Part shown: positions 63,029 to 64,000 of the stretch, in pieces
Layout: each line of letters starts with the position of its first letter
Numbering within the stretch: the first letter of the stretch is position 1
Program-made: the position numbers and the translations under genes
The notes under the pieces: model-generated
Databases searched by the model: none
The model's input: the letters and a program-made list of their open reading frames with translations, nothing else
What the model was told of the DNA's origin: nothing
NCBI GenBank assembly: GCA_023665755.1
Contig: JAMPDF010000004.1
Coordinates: forward strand, 20,456-84,455
Length of the DNA stretch: 64,000 bases
Direction of reading: 5' to 3'
Origin: Prevotella sp.
GTDB lineage: Bacteria > Bacillota_I > Bacilli_A > ML615J-28 > CAG-313

Positions 63029-63746
63029 AATCCTCCTTGCTGAAGACGTCAAATATAATCTTTATACTTTGGTCTTGTTTTATATAATCACTTACCGCTT
63101 TTAATGCAATCTTTGCTGCCTGTTCAATTGGATAACCATATAATCCTGTTGAGATAGAACAAAATGCAACCGAATTTAAATGATATGCACTAGCCAATGT
63201 TAAACATGAATAATAGCAATGATATAAATCTTGTTCATCCTCTTTACTTGGGTTTTGCTTGATGATAGGTCCTACCGTATGTAAAATATACTGAGATGGC
63301 AGATTATGTGCTTTCGTTATTTTAGCTCTTCCGTTTGGTTCATCATATCCTTGCTCTTGCATTATTTTTAATAAATCTCTTCGAACTTGAAGACCTGCAT
63401 AAGAATGAATGGCATTATCAATACAACTATGTAAGGGTTGAAAACAACCAAGCAATTTGCTATTACAAGCATTGACAATGGCGTCACACCGAATAAGAGT
63501 AATGTCTCCTTGATATAAATATATATTCGGTTTTAATGGTGTTAAATCAGATATATCTACTATCTTTTTTTGACAAAGTAATTCTTGTAATACTTTATTC
63601 TGTCTCTCATAATAGATATCACTCAAATGAAATGGCATTGTAATATTCATTAGTGCTCTAAATAACTCTATAGGAGGTAACAAAACGTCTTTTTTTATAT
63701 AATTTACTTGCTTTAAATAATCGATACAAAAATCAATATCTTTCAT
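62991..63746 (-). CDS. Macro-domain protein (ADP-ribose binding / ADP-ribosylhydrolase)
   Basis: GDITLIRCDAIVNACNSKLLG...NAIHSYAG...ILHTVGP macro-domain signature. Confidence 0.75.
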   Translation of the reverse strand: MKDIDFCIDYLKQVNYIKKDVLLPPIELFRALMNITMPFHLSDIYYERQNKVLQELLCQKKIVDISDLTPLKPNIYLYQGDITLIRCDAIVNACNSKLLGCFQPLHSCIDNAIHSYAGLQVRRDLLKIMQEQGYDEPNGRAKITKAHNLPSQYILHTVGPIIKQNPSKEDEQDLYHCYYSCLTLASAYHLNSVAFCSISTGLYGYPIEQAAKIALKAVSDYIKQDQSIKIIFDVFSKEDYDVYYKTIETMS

Positions 63747-63790
63747 TTTATTTCCTCCTTATATACGATATTCAAAATAGTTCAATAGAA

Positions 63791-64000
63791 TTACTTTGAA
63801 ACTACGCTAATTCTTTCTCTAATGTGCTTTGCATTTTCAATTTCATCTACTAAAGCAATGGCATAATCTGCATAAGAAATCATACTTTCTCCTTTAGAAT
63901 TGAATATTAATTCTTCTCCACCTAAAGTGTATTCCCCTGTTCTTTCTCCATCAGCAACAAAATCACAAGCAGGAGATAGATATGTCCAATATAACTGATT
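63791..64000 (-). CDS. NAD(P)H-binding protein (atypical SDR, YwnB/NmrA-like), C-terminal fragment; gene continues beyond window end
   Basis: Minus-strand translation ...GERTGEYTLGGEELIFNSKGESMISYADYAIALVDEIENAKHIRERISVVSK* matches the YwnB-family C-terminus. Confidence 0.55.
   Translation of the reverse strand, partial: NQLYWTYLSPACDFVADGERTGEYTLGGEELIFNSKGESMISYADYAIALVDEIENAKHIRERISVVSK

Overview
This is a 64 kb chromosomal segment from a very AT-rich, lipoprotein-rich Firmicute (Erysipelotrichia- or Clostridia-like), almost all of it coding on the minus strand. Housekeeping genes include tgt, pgi, a phosphohexomutase, a ROK glucokinase, dnaE, tadA, tdk, psuG, pepF, hisS, flotillin and SRP RNA. 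Among them are many secreted or lipoprotein enzymes: three Listeria/Bacteroides-repeat lipoproteins carrying SGNH, GH18 or unknown domains, two peptidoglycan hydrolases with a Cys-rich N-terminal repeat, a thermonuclease, a Cthe_2159-like beta-helix protein and GDSL hydrolases. There is a SipW/TasA-like operon, an lrgAB pair, a dfx cluster with a divergent Crp/Fnr regulator, and a TPP riboswitch upstream of a thiT-like gene. The most notable non-routine items are: (i) a stand-alone tyrosine recombinase next to a pair of 18-bp perfect inverted repeats lying between it and the sipW operon start, a candidate invertible (phase-variable) switch; (ii) a novel extracellular Cys3His-type repeat module shared by amidase_2 and CHAP lipoproteins; (iii) a DarA-like PII protein translationally coupled to a CPA2 cation/proton antiporter; (iv) a GC-rich, promoter-fed structured 5' leader of unknown class in front of a small membrane-protein gene; (v) a macro-domain plus SirTM-like sirtuin pair lacking the canonical GcvH-L/LplA2 partners; (vi) a NUDIX–cytidine-deaminase fusion; (vii) an ABC ATPase fused to a large polytopic membrane domain. 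No CRISPR array, tRNA, rRNA or obvious prophage/IS was seen.
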